Positions 49,250-60,700 of a stretch of 64,000 nt of DNA are shown piece after piece. A model generated the notes under the pieces. The model was given only the letters and a program-made list of their open reading frames with translations. It did no database searches and was not told the origin of the DNA. The stretch spans positions 24,428,001 to 24,492,000 of the forward strand of contig NC_042998.1 of assembly GCF_006345805.1 (NCBI RefSeq). The letters are read 5' to 3'. Origin of the DNA: Octopus sinensis. Taxonomy: Eukaryota. Position numbers and translations under genes: made by a program. The stretch's first letter is position 1; every line of letters begins with the position of its first letter.

Positions 49250-49652
49250 ATCTTTTATTCTTTTACTTGTTTCAGTCATTTGACTGCGGCCAGGCTGGAG
49301 CACTGCCTTTAGTCGAGCAAATCGACCCCAGGACTTATTCTTTGTAAGCCTAGTACTTATTCTATCGGTCTCTTTTTGCAGAACCGCTAAGTTACGGGAA
49401 CGTAAACACAACAGCATTGGTTGTCAAGTGATGTTGGGGGGAAAAGCACAGACACACAAACATATTCACACACATGCATATATATGCATATATACGATGG
49501 GCTTCTTTCAGTTTCTGTCTACCAAATCCACTCACAAGGCTTTGGTCAGCCCGAGGCTATAGTAGAAGACACTTGCCCAAGGTGCCATGCAGTGGGACTG
49601 AACCTGGAACCATGTAATTGGTAAGCAAGCTACTTACCACACAGCCACTCCT
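49250..49652 (-). mobile_element. SINE family A, full length
   Basis: It has a head and a tail. An older partial copy lies at 49915-50130. Confidence 0.92.
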
Positions 49653-49762
49653 CCGTGAAAATTTTCTTCAGAAATAACTGAACAAAATATATAAATCTTA
49701 TTTTCCTTTTGTGTTATCTTTGTTAATGGGGACTACTTTTAGAGAGAAAGAGAGTGTGTGTA

Positions 49763-49793
<31 letters not shown>

Positions 49794-50155
49794 AGTGAGA
49801 AGAGAGAGAGGTGGGAGAGAGAGAAAGAGGTGAGGAGAGACAGAGAGAGAAATTGTGCATGTGTCTACATAAGAGAGAAGGATGTTTGTATGTGTGTCTC
49901 GTTGACAGTATCTTTTATCTTTTATCTTCCAGTCATTTGATTGAGGCTAAGCTGGAGCACTGCCTTGAAGAAATGTTAGTCAAATGAATATCGATTCCAG
50001 TTTTCTTTTTTTTTTGGTTTTTCAGACCTGGTGCTTATTGGTCTCTTTTGCCAAACTGCTAAGTTATGGGAACATAAACACACCAACACCAGTTACCAAG
50101 TAGTGGGGAACACATACACACACACACAGAAACACACATTTATATATATATATAA

Positions 50156-50325
50156 AGGGAAAGGTTACGAAAATAAACAAAAGACGAAGGCAGTGGAGTA
50201 CAAACAAACAAATGTATTAGTATAGTGCTCAGGAATAAAAATAGAAAAAGTCTTTTACGTTTCGAGCCTACGCTCTTCGACAGAAAGATACACAGAAAAA
50301 AACAAGGAGAGAAAAAAAGGATATA
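50156..50325 (-). mobile_element. HHR-bearing element family I
   Basis: It is homologous to 40868-41108. Confidence 0.8.
50251..50288 (-). ncRNA. Minimal type I hammerhead-like fold with CUGUCGA (A6U) core, family I
   Basis: TCTTT-CTGTCGA-A-GAGC-gtag-GCTC-GAAA-C-GT-A/AAAGA, with all helices perfect. Confidence 0.6.
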
Positions 50326-50859
50326 TACATAAATATCATCATCGTCGTTTAACATCTGCTTTCTATGCTGACATGGGTTGCATGGTTTGACTGAGGGCAT
50401 AAAGTGACCTCTAAAATTATTTAGACTTGCTTTTATGCTACCAATATGAGTAAAATCATTCCTACACATTTCCAAGAGCAAGACACATATCTCTGTCCCT
50501 CTTTACCAGTGTTCTACAACCTTTTTCTTCACTTGCGGATACACTTATATCCTTTCCAAAATTTGGTGACATACCTGAACTAAAAATATACCTGAAAGTA
50601 TAGGGAAAAAATTTATATTCAAGTTACTCTGTGGCACACCTAGCATCGTCTCATGGCACACCAGTGTGTCGCAGCATACCAGCTGTGAAGCACTACTCTA
50701 TACTCTTAATCTCTCAACTGGCACAAAGCCAATCTCTCCCTCACTACTACCCACCTGACTGAGGGGGTTTTGTCTTTTTTGTCTAGCAAGGCACTTGGTG
50801 ACTCTGTTGGTGATGGTGCCACATAAAAAGCACTGGTGCCTGTGCCATGTAACGAATTT

Positions 50860-51075
50860 TGGCACAAGGGCAGCAAATATGGAGGAAGCTTGAGGAAGGA
50901 GGGGGATGATTCAATTACATCGACTTCAGTGTTCCACTGGTACTTAATTTATCTATCCCAAAAGGATGAAAGGCATAGTCAACCTTGGCAGGATTTGAAC
51001 TCAGAACGTGAAGACAGATGAATTTCCGCTAAGCATTTCACCCGGCATGCTCACGATTCTGCCAGCTCACCACCT
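50860..51075 (-). mobile_element. SINE family B, old
   Basis: GGCACAAGG...GGATTTGAACTCAGAACG...CTGCCAGCTCACC. Confidence 0.8.
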
Positions 51076-51699
51076 TTATAATGTTAATAATAATGATGAA
51101 TACAATGATGAAGATGATAATAATAACAATGATAATTATCTTATTACATAATCTTGGCAGGTGGGAAAATGAAAAAATAAACAATTGTACAAATATGCAA
51201 ATATAATTATTATGCACTTGTTGTCTTGTCACATAAACTAAACTGAATGTGTCTTCTCGGAACTTATAAATAATGGCAGGAAATCATTGGAACACAGTTG
51301 TGCTATGTATGGAATGTCTCACATCACTAAAGATAATCAATTCCAAGATGCCAGAATACATATGATGTCCAGTGCTGGATTAAGGCATGTGCTTTAGAGA
51401 CTGTAATCCATGCAGCTCAATAAGCTGTCACTAAGCTGTTAATCCAGGGATTAAGGCATGAGCTGTAATTCAGGGACTCTGAGAGTTGTCAATAAGTTTT
51501 TAGTTAATCTAGAAATTTAGGGAAGAGTTCTTGAAAATATCACTGCAAGCCAGGTCAGTATATGCAGTCCAGGAGCCTTCAAAATCTGAATCTAGCTCCT
51601 ACAATATATATGCAGTGAGAATCAAACCTCACATTTTTCAGTTACCAGGTCCATACCACACATAGATTACACTCATGTCATGTGGTCTATCCTTATTAA

Positions 51700-51917
51700 C
51701 CCTTTTGTTATCCTCCTGGCTGAAACCACCACTGGCTCTGAGTACAAATGTCTTGTCTTCATAAGTCTTGAATTAAAATCTTCCAAACCTTAGTCACAAT
51801 TTATATTCCTAACACTAGCTTAATGATAACTAAGTTATTTTACTAAATTCTTTGTTATATTTAAAATTAATTGAAAGAAACACAGAGCATCTCAACAGAA
51901 ATATAGTAAAAAAAGGG
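51700..51917. mobile_element. piggyBac-type MITE, family 1
   Basis: TTAA|CCCTTTTG...AAAAGGG|TTAA. Confidence 0.92.
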
Positions 51918-52167
51918 TTAACAATCAATCACTTTGCAGGGATAGCATTTCATGTCATGTAAACCATTCCCAATGTCTTTGAGGTTCCTTCTCTTTTCGG
52001 TGTATTAAAACCAAAAAAAAAAAAAACGCCAAGAACAACTGCAGAGTTTGAGAGAAAAACCCATGAGACACATCTTCACTTCTCACCAAAAACAAGCTAG
52101 AGGCAGATTAATTTTTGTTAAAAGCACATCTCAACTTTCAACAAGCAAACACACATGCAGAATCCAG

Positions 52168-52420
52168 ATCATCATCATTATCATTTAACATCCGTTTTTC
52201 ATGCTGGTATGGGTTGAACAGTTTGACAAGAGCCAGCAAGTTGGAGGGCAGCACCAAGCACTAGTCGTTTGTTTTGGTATGCTTTTTTATGGTTGGATGC
52301 CCTTCCTAATGCCAACCATTTTACAGAGTGGACTGGGTGCTTTTTATGTTGCACCAGTACAAGTGCTTTTCATGAGGTACCCAGCATGAGTGATTTTCTT
52401 ATGGTACCAGCATGGGTACT
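52168..52420 (-). mobile_element. SINE family D
   Basis: (CAT)n TTAACATCCG...GGATGCCCTTCCTAATGCCAACC. Confidence 0.8.
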
Positions 52421-52559
52421 TTCTACATGGACCAACTCTTTCTCTTTCTGGCATCTCGCGCCTTACTAATTATTGCTACCCTATTCTGATCTCCTACATC
52501 TCTACCAGCAGTCATCAGAAATTTATATAAATATGTCCAATAAATGTTATAATAATATA

Positions 52560-52723
52560 GGTGCAAGAGTGGTTGTGTGGTAAGAAGCTTGCTTCCCAAC
52601 CACATGGTTCCAGGTTCAATCCCACTGTGTGGCACCTTTGGCATGTGTCTTCTGCTATAGCCTCAGGCTGACTAAAGCCTTGTGAGTGGACTTGGTAGAC
52701 AGAAACTGAAAGTAGCCTGTCAT

Positions 52724-52755
<32 letters not shown>

Positions 52756-53113
52756 GTAAGTATGTATGTATGTATGTACGTATGTATGCATGCATGCATG
52801 TAAGTATGTATGCATACATGCATGTATGTATGCATGCATATATGTATGCATGTATGTATGCATGTATGTATGCATGTATGTATGTATATATGTATGCATG
52901 TATTTATGTGTTTGTGTTTGTTATCCCACCATCACTTGACAACTGATGTTGGTGTGTTTACGTACCTGTAACTTAGCGGTTCAGCAAAAGAGACCAATAG
53001 AATAAGTACTAGGCTTACAAAGAATAATTCCTGGGGTCACTTTGTTTTTTACTAAAGGTGGTGCTCCAGCATGGCCAGAGACAAATGACTGAAGCAAGTA
53101 AAAGAATAAAAGA
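52560..53113 (+). mobile_element. SINE family A with expanded (TATG/CATG)n linker
   Basis: It has a head, a ~170-bp linker and a tail. Confidence 0.9.
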
Positions 53114-53378
53114 ATATTATATATCTGTGTTTATCATATATGCATAGACACAGCACAGCACAGCCTAGAGTATTCCTAGCAACTACACTTAACAGTAAAA
53201 CTTTGAATTAGCAACATAAATAAACAAATCAAAGAAGTATTTTGAATATATCTTATACATCAATTTGACTTCCTGCCTATCACTGAATATATCATAGCTA
53301 TAGGGCTTTCTATCTTCAATATTCTTGATTTCATTTTATCAGTCAACAGACTGATGAATAAATGTTGTATGTATTGTA

Positions 53379-53645
53379 GATTATGTCTCTAATTTCATTC
53401 CATAGTTTATTAGTCAATTGTCCTACGTATAAGTATAAATACTGTGTCTATAATAGATAGCATCTTCAATTTCATTCAATAATTTATTTGTCAGTTCTCT
53501 TATGAACAGCATCAACGTTTTGTCTCGAAACAGATTATGTCTCTAATGTCATTCCATAGTTTACGAGTAAATTGTCTTACGAATAGCATAAATGTTGTAT
53601 GTATAATAAATTATGTCTTCGATTTCATTCCATAGTTAATGCATT
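53379..53645. repeat. Degenerate 77-bp minisatellite, ~3.5 units
   Basis: GATTATGTCTCTAAT.TCATTCCATAG-type starts occur at 53379, 53456, 53533 and ~53609. Confidence 0.8.
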
Positions 53646-53999
53646 ACATCTATAAACTTGACGGCAGCTGAGTAATGTTCTGGATGTGAAAGCGAATCAT
53701 TTAATTGTTTAAGTTGTTCACGTTTGGAAGACATTTTAATGATTTATTTGTCGTGTTATTTTACATAACTCATTTAACTTCAGACAAATTGGTTGACATA
53801 TTGAATAAATTGGGTTTGATCTATATTTTTGATGTTGACATTCTCCTTTACATGTTAACATGTAGACTTATTTGCAAGCGGTTTTTGCTGTTGTTGTTGT
53901 TGTTGTTATTGTTCAGACCTGGTTGAGCTCTGATTCGGCAGACCTTTGATCAAAGCCGTTCCGACGATGCCTGTCTTGCCTTTTCGTCTGTGCATCTCT

Positions 54000-54029
54000 C
54001 TCTATCTCGCTCTCTCTCTCTCTCTCTAT

Positions 54030-54060
<31 letters not shown>

Positions 54061-54300
54061 ACACGTGCATGCACAAACACATGCGCGCACATGTATGCCT
54101 ATACACACACACGCATGCATGCACTCACATAAATGCATGCACAAACACATAAGCATGCATGCACACACATCCACATACATACATGCACAAACACACACAT
54201 ACACACACGTGCATGCATTCACGCATGCGCACACACACACACATACACCCACATGTATATGCACATTTGCATGCTTACATGCTCATGCACTCACACACAC
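54000..54300. repeat. (CT)n,(CA)n,(CATG)n array
   Basis: Direct simple repeats. Confidence 0.92.
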
Positions 54301-54446
54301 AGATGTGTGGAGAGAACAAGTGAGAGAGAGAGAAAAGGAGAGGGATGGATGTGTGTATAAACTGTACAAATCTGCAAGTGTGCACATATTTGCTTCTCCT
54401 GCAATCTTGTCATTATGTTAACAGTATCTGACATGTTTCCATTTAA

Positions 54447-54578
54447 AACTGGAAAAGCACTTGGAGGGCGCAGACCTCTGCCAAGCCGCTCATTTCCACC
54501 CATAAACATGCATGCTGAAAATCACCCAATTTCCCAAACCAACGCCCGGCAAAAACATAATCTCCTTGGCAGGGTTAA
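54447..54578 (-). mobile_element. Short Helentron-associated (HINE/DINE-like) element
   Basis: On the minus strand it runs TTAACCCTGCCAAGGAGATTATG ... GGCAGAGGTCTGCGCCCTCCAAGTGCTTTTCCAGTT, with subterminal inverted repeats. Confidence 0.6.
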
Positions 54579-54734
54579 AGAAAATAACACAGCCATATGA
54601 TTTTAAAAAAAAAAAGCCCCTAACCCTACTTTACATCCCTCTGTGGTCAGTATAGTAGCAATCATCCCTCAAGTTTCCAACATCAGTTGTTGTTACCACT
54701 TCCTCCTCCTCTGCTGCTGCTTTTAGCAACCCTT

Positions 54735-55115
54735 GAATATCATCATCATTATCATCATCATCATCATTTAACGTCCGTTTTCCGCGCTAGCACGGGTTGG
54801 ACGGTTCGACCGGGGTCTGGGAAGCCAGGGGCTGCTCCAGGCTCCAGTCTGATCTGGCAGAGTTTCTACGGCTGGATGCCCTTCCTAACGCCAACCACTC
54901 TGCGAGTGTAGTGGGTGCTTTTTACGTGTCACCTGCACAGGTGCCAGGGGGGTGTCCGGCATCGGTCATGATCGGTTGGAGCTTTTAACGTGCCAGCAGC
55001 ACGGAAGCCAGCCAAGGCGGCGCTGGCAACGTTCGGATGGTCTTTTTATGTGCTACCGGCACAGGAGCCAGTCGGGGCGGCGCTGGCATCGGCCACGTTC
55101 GGATGGTGCTGTTAG
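54735..55115 (-). mobile_element. SINE family D, young, CpG-rich
   Basis: (CAT)n TTAACGTCCGTTTTCCGCGCTAGCACGGGTTGGACGG. Confidence 0.88.
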
Positions 55116-55340
55116 TGTCATTTAATTTCTGAACTGTTTCGCTGCTGTTTATTTATGGAGTTTGATCTCTTTATCCGTCAGTTTCTAGGAAGATAGATAT
55201 GCAAGTAAAATTACTAATAGAGAAACGGAAATAAAACTTTGGAAACAGCAACGCCACCATAGGTTATGTGAAAACCATGAACGTGTTTTCAAGGGAGATA
55301 ATCAAAGAACATAACATTGTAAAGTAAATATAACAAATAT

Positions 55341-56120
55341 AGGTGTAGAAGTGGCTGTGTAGGAAGTAGCTTGCTTATGAACCACATGGTTCTGGGTTCA
55401 GTTCCACTGCGTGGCACCTTGGGCAAGTGTTTTCTGCTATAGTCTCAGACCGACCAAAGCCTTGTGAGTGGATTTGGTAGACGGAAACGAAAAGAAGCCC
55501 GTCGTATATATGTGTATATATATATATATATTCTGTTGTGTCTGGGGAGAGTCATTCTCTTTTAGTGCCTTATTATTTAACATATAAAGAATCTTGCAAA
55601 CCAAATCCAAAAACAAAATATATATATATATATATATATATAAAGTTAATCCAAACAAGAAAGCACAAAAAAACACAACAACGCGAGGACGTGGAACAAA
55701 TATAGTATTATTGGACGCTCAGGAAAGAAGGCAAGAAGGAGAGTTTAACGTTTCAAGCGGAGCTCTTCGTCGGAAACATAGGAGAAGGAATGATCCAGAG
55801 AAGGGAAGACAGAGGAAAAAAAATCGACAATGGTACACACGCGGTCACATATATATATATATATGTGTGTGTGTATATGTATGTATGTGTGTATGTATGT
55901 ATGTGTGTATGTATGTATGTGTTTGTGTGTCTGTGTTCCCTCCCCCCAACATCGCTTGTCAACTGATGCTGGTGTGTTTACGCCCCCGTAACATAGCGGT
56001 TTGGCAAAAGAGACCAATAGAATAAGTCCTGGGGGCTATTTGCTCGACTAAAGCACTGCTCCAGCATGGCCACAGTCAAATGACTGAAACAAGTAAAAGA
56101 GTAAAAGAGCAAAAAGAGTA
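55341..56120 (+). mobile_element. SINE family A split in its (TA)n linker by family G (55530-55582) and family J (55590-55850) pieces
   Basis: The head spans 55341-55510 and the body resumes at ~55860. Confidence 0.85.
55743..55777 (-). ncRNA. Minimal type I hammerhead-like fold, family J (U4C core)
   Basis: GTTT-CCGACGA-A-GAGC-tcc-GCTT-GAAA-C-GT-T/AAAC. The sister fragment at 13944 has canonical CTGATGA. Confidence 0.6.
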
Positions 56121-56719
56121 ATATTAACACCAACTTGGTTTTATATTTTTTTGTATTCCAATTGCATCAGTTTAACTCAAAGAGAGAGAGACATGGCAAA
56201 ATGACAGCAAAATGAAGAATTCAGAATAACTGAAGGAGAGGACTAATGAATGCTTCAAAATATGGTATATCCACCTGACATACCATATTTCAGTCTTGGA
56301 TTCCATTGTACATACCTAGTGGTAAAGTTTGACTGAAAATGTAGTGTATTTTCTTAGTATTTAAACAAAGTGAGAGACAAGATTGTAACAGTTGATTTAG
56401 TCTTGTGTTGGATTACTGAGAATCATCACTGTTTATAATAGAATGTTAATAACTTAATGGGAGATTGAAGACTTAGGAAAGTGAAAAGTATTTCAAATTA
56501 AATAGTTTTATTTTAATTAAGACAGTGAACTGGCAGTCGTTAATATTCTTGCCAAAATGCTTACCTGCACTTCTGGCTTTAAATTATGAATTCAGTTTCC
56601 ATTGGGTGTTTCATAATTTTTGAGGTCGATAGAATAGCTACCAGCTGAGTACAAGAATCGATGTAATCAACTGTCCTCCTCCCACAAACTTGCTAGCCTT
56701 GAGGCAAAGTTTGAAATCA

Positions 56720-57089
56720 TTATTACCTCTGCCTTATCGAAGGTGGAGATATTGTTTTCAGTCATGTTTGTTTGTTTGCCCATGGACAAGATATCTCAAA
56801 AACCGCTGGATGGATTTGAATGAAACTTTCAGGGATGTTTAGCCTCGTCACTGGCACGAGCTGATTAGATTTTGGGATCGATCTGGTACCAGACAAGGAT
56901 TCTGGATTATTTTTCCGTTTTTTTCTTCTTAATTTTTGAGAGCAGTTGGATTAATTTTTAGTATTCTCATTTGTGAGAGCAGTCAAGTTTATTTCAGATA
57001 TTCTCGTTTTAAAAATCATCCCTGGCTAATCGTCGAGAGGACGTTGGTGTTGCCTTGGTAGAGGTTTGAACTCTCTGAGTCCTCTTGTT
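56720..57089 (+). mobile_element. Helentron-associated (HINE/DINE-like) element
   Basis: It has 5' TTATTACCTCTGCC with a hairpin, a (TTTG)n tract, and 3' GGTAGAGGT...CTCTGAGTCCTCTTGTT. An old SINE B lies at 56520-56715. Confidence 0.65.
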
Positions 57090-57421
57090 CTTATTAGTTT
57101 TTGCAATATTGTTTATTTTTGTATTGGAAATAGGAGATCAATACATGGTTATTACAGTATCCTTATGTTTAACCAATAATAGATATTTGCTTATGGAGAA
57201 TCCAGATTATATGTTTTTTGGAGAGCAGGAATGGCTGTGTTAAAAGTGCATTGGGCAACAAGATGAGGGTGGGGACAGTTAGCTGAATGCGGTGATGAAA
57301 AATAGTTGCTGAGAATCAATCATTTTATTCAGCCGAAATGTTTGACTTAAGTATGCGAAACACAAGTATAAAACATTCACATTTATTGCAAATGGATGTG
57401 TGTTAGCCTCCAATGAAAATA

Positions 57422-57648
57422 TATATTTCTTTACTACCCACAAGGGGCTAAACACAGAGGGGACAAACAAGGACAGACAAAGGGATTAAGTTGATTACAT
57501 CGACCCCAGTGCGTAACTGGTACTTAGTTTATCAACTAAGGATGAAAGACAAAGTCGACCACGGTGGAATTTGAACTCAGAACGTAATGGCAGACAAAAT
57601 ACCACTAAGCATTTTGCCTGGTGTGCTAACATTTCTGCCAGCTCGCTG
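57422..57648 (-). mobile_element. SINE family B
   Basis: It is a full diagnostic copy. Confidence 0.9.
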
Positions 57649-57744
57649 CAAAGTCACATGGACCATCAAGAAAATTCACAACACAATTCCGTAACCTGTT
57701 TTTGGCAGTGTACTGTGTCTGACTACATATTACTTTATTATCAA

Positions 57745-58378
57745 CAATTGGTACGTAACACATGACCACACCAGTGCAGTCATCCCCCTTGCACACCACA
57801 TTTGATGCTTCTTATACCCAACTTTTCTCTCAGGGTGCTTACACTTTGTCGTGTCTGCACATTGACATTACACATCCAGCTGATCATACTAGTTTCGTTT
57901 CTTTCAAACCTACGCATGTCCTCAGCAGTCATGGCCCATGTTTCAGTGCCATGTAGTATGGCAGTTCATACACATGTATCATACAGTCTACCTTTCATCC
58001 TGAGCGAGAGGCCCCTAATTGCCAGCAGAGGTAGGAGCTTCCTGAACTTCACCCAGGCTATTCTTATTCTAGCTGCTACACTCTCAGAGCAACCACCCCC
58101 ACTACAGACTTGGTTACCTAGGTAGCGGAAGCTATTAACTACCTCTAGTTTCTCCCCTGGCATGTGATGGAATCTGTTTTCTGTACATCTTCAGTGCTTA
58201 TTGCCCCTGTGCATCTGCCACACACAAAAACTATTTTCCTTTGATATTGCTGCACCTTTTATGTGTCCATAGCTTACACCAGGTACATCGTATGGAGTTT
58301 CTACCCATGCCTTTTCTACAGATTGAGCAGGACCATCTACCTGAAGGGGTTTGTAATTTGACAGCTTTCCTACTTACT
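57745..58378 (-). pseudogene. RTE-clade LINE ORF relic with PHD-like Cys cluster
   Basis: PSGRWSCSICRKGMGRNSIRCTWCKLWTHKRCSNIKGK; GEKLEVVNSFRYLG...GGGCSESVAARIRIAWVKFRKLLPLL...KGRLYDTCV. Confidence 0.88.
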
Positions 58379-58379
58379 T

Positions 58380-58421
<42 letters not shown>

Positions 58422-59459
58422 TATATAGGAGAGTATTGTAATTTGCTTGAAGCATTGTGTATTGTTTGTAAAAAAAAATATCTTGAATGGCACAACAATG
58501 CACTATAATAACAACAATGGACTGTAATAACTGTTATAATTTAATCATCCATAATCTGATATGATATCTTAGAATATAAAAATTCCTTCTTCAGATGAAC
58601 TCCCTAGCAGTTGCGAACTCAGCCTGGCCCAGGCATAGAGATGAGAGAGTAATGTAGTTCACTTGAAGCATTGTTTATCTGAAGGACTTTTTTTATTCTG
58701 AAATATTATTATTATATCAGACAATGGATGATTAAATTATAACGGTTATTATAGTCCATTGTTGTGTCATTCAAGATACACACACACACACATATATATA
58801 AGGAAATGGAGAGGGAGAGAGAGAGAGAGGTGAACTTTAATAAGATATAATCCAGAAATATAGGGAACTTGGAAGGCCTCCATTGACAGCAAATAATCCC
58901 AAAGTGTGATTGGTTAAATAAATATATTGACATGGCTTTCTCCTGCACTCCAATAATATGCATTTGGTGGTCAGTGTCTGCTGTAGTACAACACACAGCT
59001 TATCATAATTCATAGTGTGATTTTGAAATATTTGTAGTTTGTTTTGATTTATAAGCCACAGTTTGTAATGTGGGCATGAACCAAAATTGACATAGTCTAG
59101 GAAATGTCTGCTATATTTATAGCATATCAGAAGCATAGTTTCTTTTACTTTGGCTGAACATCGAGTCGGTGATTACTTCTAAGATAGTTAATCTTGGTTT
59201 TGTTTCTTTGATTATTTTTGTCTTTTCTGAACTCTGTTAATAACTGAGACGAGATATTGTATATTTTTGAATTCAGCTATGTCTTACATTGTCTACATTT
59301 ATATGTGCAGGATTGCCGTTCCACTGTATAGTCTCATTATATATTTTGCTCGCTTGTTTGTATTCTTATTTGGATGTTGTCTGCATTATTTCTGTTTATT
59401 TCTGGGCAAAAATATTTGTCGCAAAGCATTTGCTCAAATTAATTGAGTTTATATATGGA

Positions 59460-59576
59460 TATATAATATGTACGTATGTATGTATGTATGTGAGTATCTA
59501 TCTATCTATATATATATATATATATCTACATATATATGTATCTATCTATCTACATATATGTATATATATATCTATC

Positions 59577-59633
<57 letters not shown>

Positions 59634-59800
59634 ATATATATATATATCTATCTACATATATATATCTATATATATATATCTATCTACATATATATCTATC
59701 TACATATATATATATCTATCTACATATATATATATCTATCTACATATATTATATCTATCTACATATATATAATATCTATCTACATATATATATATCTATC

Positions 59801-59853
<53 letters not shown>

Positions 59854-59880
59854 TATATATATACACATATATATGAATAT
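59460..59880. repeat. (TA)n/(TCTA)n/(TACA) compound array
   Basis: Direct simple repeats. Confidence 0.95.
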
Positions 59881-60085
59881 ATAAGTATGTATGTATATTT
59901 TTGTTTATTTCTCTGCTCTTGGTTTTTGTTAATGCGTTTAGTTATTTGTTTTTGCCCTGTTATTGATGAAACTATGGTGAAGATAAATTTTTTTCTTCTT
60001 TCTTTAAATTGTATAATTATTTGTTGAGAATTATAGATAATTCTAGCCAATAACTATTTTAAGAATGTACAATACCTCCTAACCA

Positions 60086-60200
60086 GGTGCAGGCATGGCT
60101 GTGTGGTAAGAAACTTGCTTCACAACCACATGATCTCAGCTTCAGTCCTGCTGTGTAGCACCTTGGACAAATGCTATTTACTTTATCCTTGGGCTGACCA
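60086..60200 (+). mobile_element. SINE family A head, old
   Basis: GGTGCAGGCATGGCTGTGTGGTAAG. Confidence 0.75.
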
Positions 60201-60320
60201 TATTTACTCATGTCATGTGTAGTATGAGGAAATATTAAATAGCATAGTTAAAATTGGTGGGTAACATTTTGTTAGAGAGTAAAAGAAGAGGGTAAAAATG
60301 TATTATTTTCATTGGTCATT

Positions 60321-60700
60321 CAGTTCTATATTTAAGAGATGAGGAATTATTTACACTATTTACATTTGACGAATATTTGTCCTCATCTTGTTTGTTGTTA
60401 ACACAATGTTAACAACTACTCCATATGCCCATGGGCATATAGCATAGTGGTTAAGAGCGCGGGCTACTAACCCTAAAATTCCAAGTTCGATTCCAGGCAG
60501 TGACTTGAATAATAATAATAATAATAATAACAACAACAACAACAACATTGAAAAATACCTTAGGAATGAGAACCTAGGTTCGAAATTTCCCCAAGACACC
60601 TGATGAAGGCGGGAGGGTATATCAGCCGAAACGTTGTGTTAACAACAAACAAGATGAAGACAAATATCCGTCAATTGTAAAAAATGTAAATAATGTTCAT
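60321..60700 (+). mobile_element. Family F head-to-head palindromic element (tRNA-like head plus hammerhead)
   Basis: The centre is ATATGCCC-AT-GGGCATAT (60423-60440). The right arm is 60433-60700. The left arm 60321-60430 is an internally deleted inverted copy. Confidence 0.88.
60595..60640 (+). ncRNA. Minimal type I hammerhead, family F, core intact
   Basis: GACAC-CTGATGA-A-GGCGG-gagggtatat-CAGCC-GAAA-C-GT-T/GTGTT, with predicted cleavage after 60635. Confidence 0.8.

Noticed and set aside
7440-56025. Recurring ORFs such as MSSNARGTNTDTQT...PEPCGW
   Set aside because: They are reading frames through SINE A copies, not a gene family.
58837-59136. 99-aa minus-strand ORF, and similar unassigned ORFs at 35179-35394, 32139-32414, 4160-4399 and 23850-24200
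   Set aside because: They have no recognisable domain, inconsistent splice signals or in-frame stops nearby. They cannot be supported without a homology search.
10525-59884. Many 60-240 aa ORFs rich in M/H/I/D/S/Y (e.g. 16470, 18562, 28438, 33168, 37199, 59289)
   Set aside because: They are translations of (CAT/GAT/GGT/TA/CA)n microsatellites, open in several frames at once.
60433-60505. tRNA gene calls for SINE and family F heads
   Set aside because: A and B boxes are present but the acceptor and anticodon stems are degenerate, and each head continues into a repeat body.
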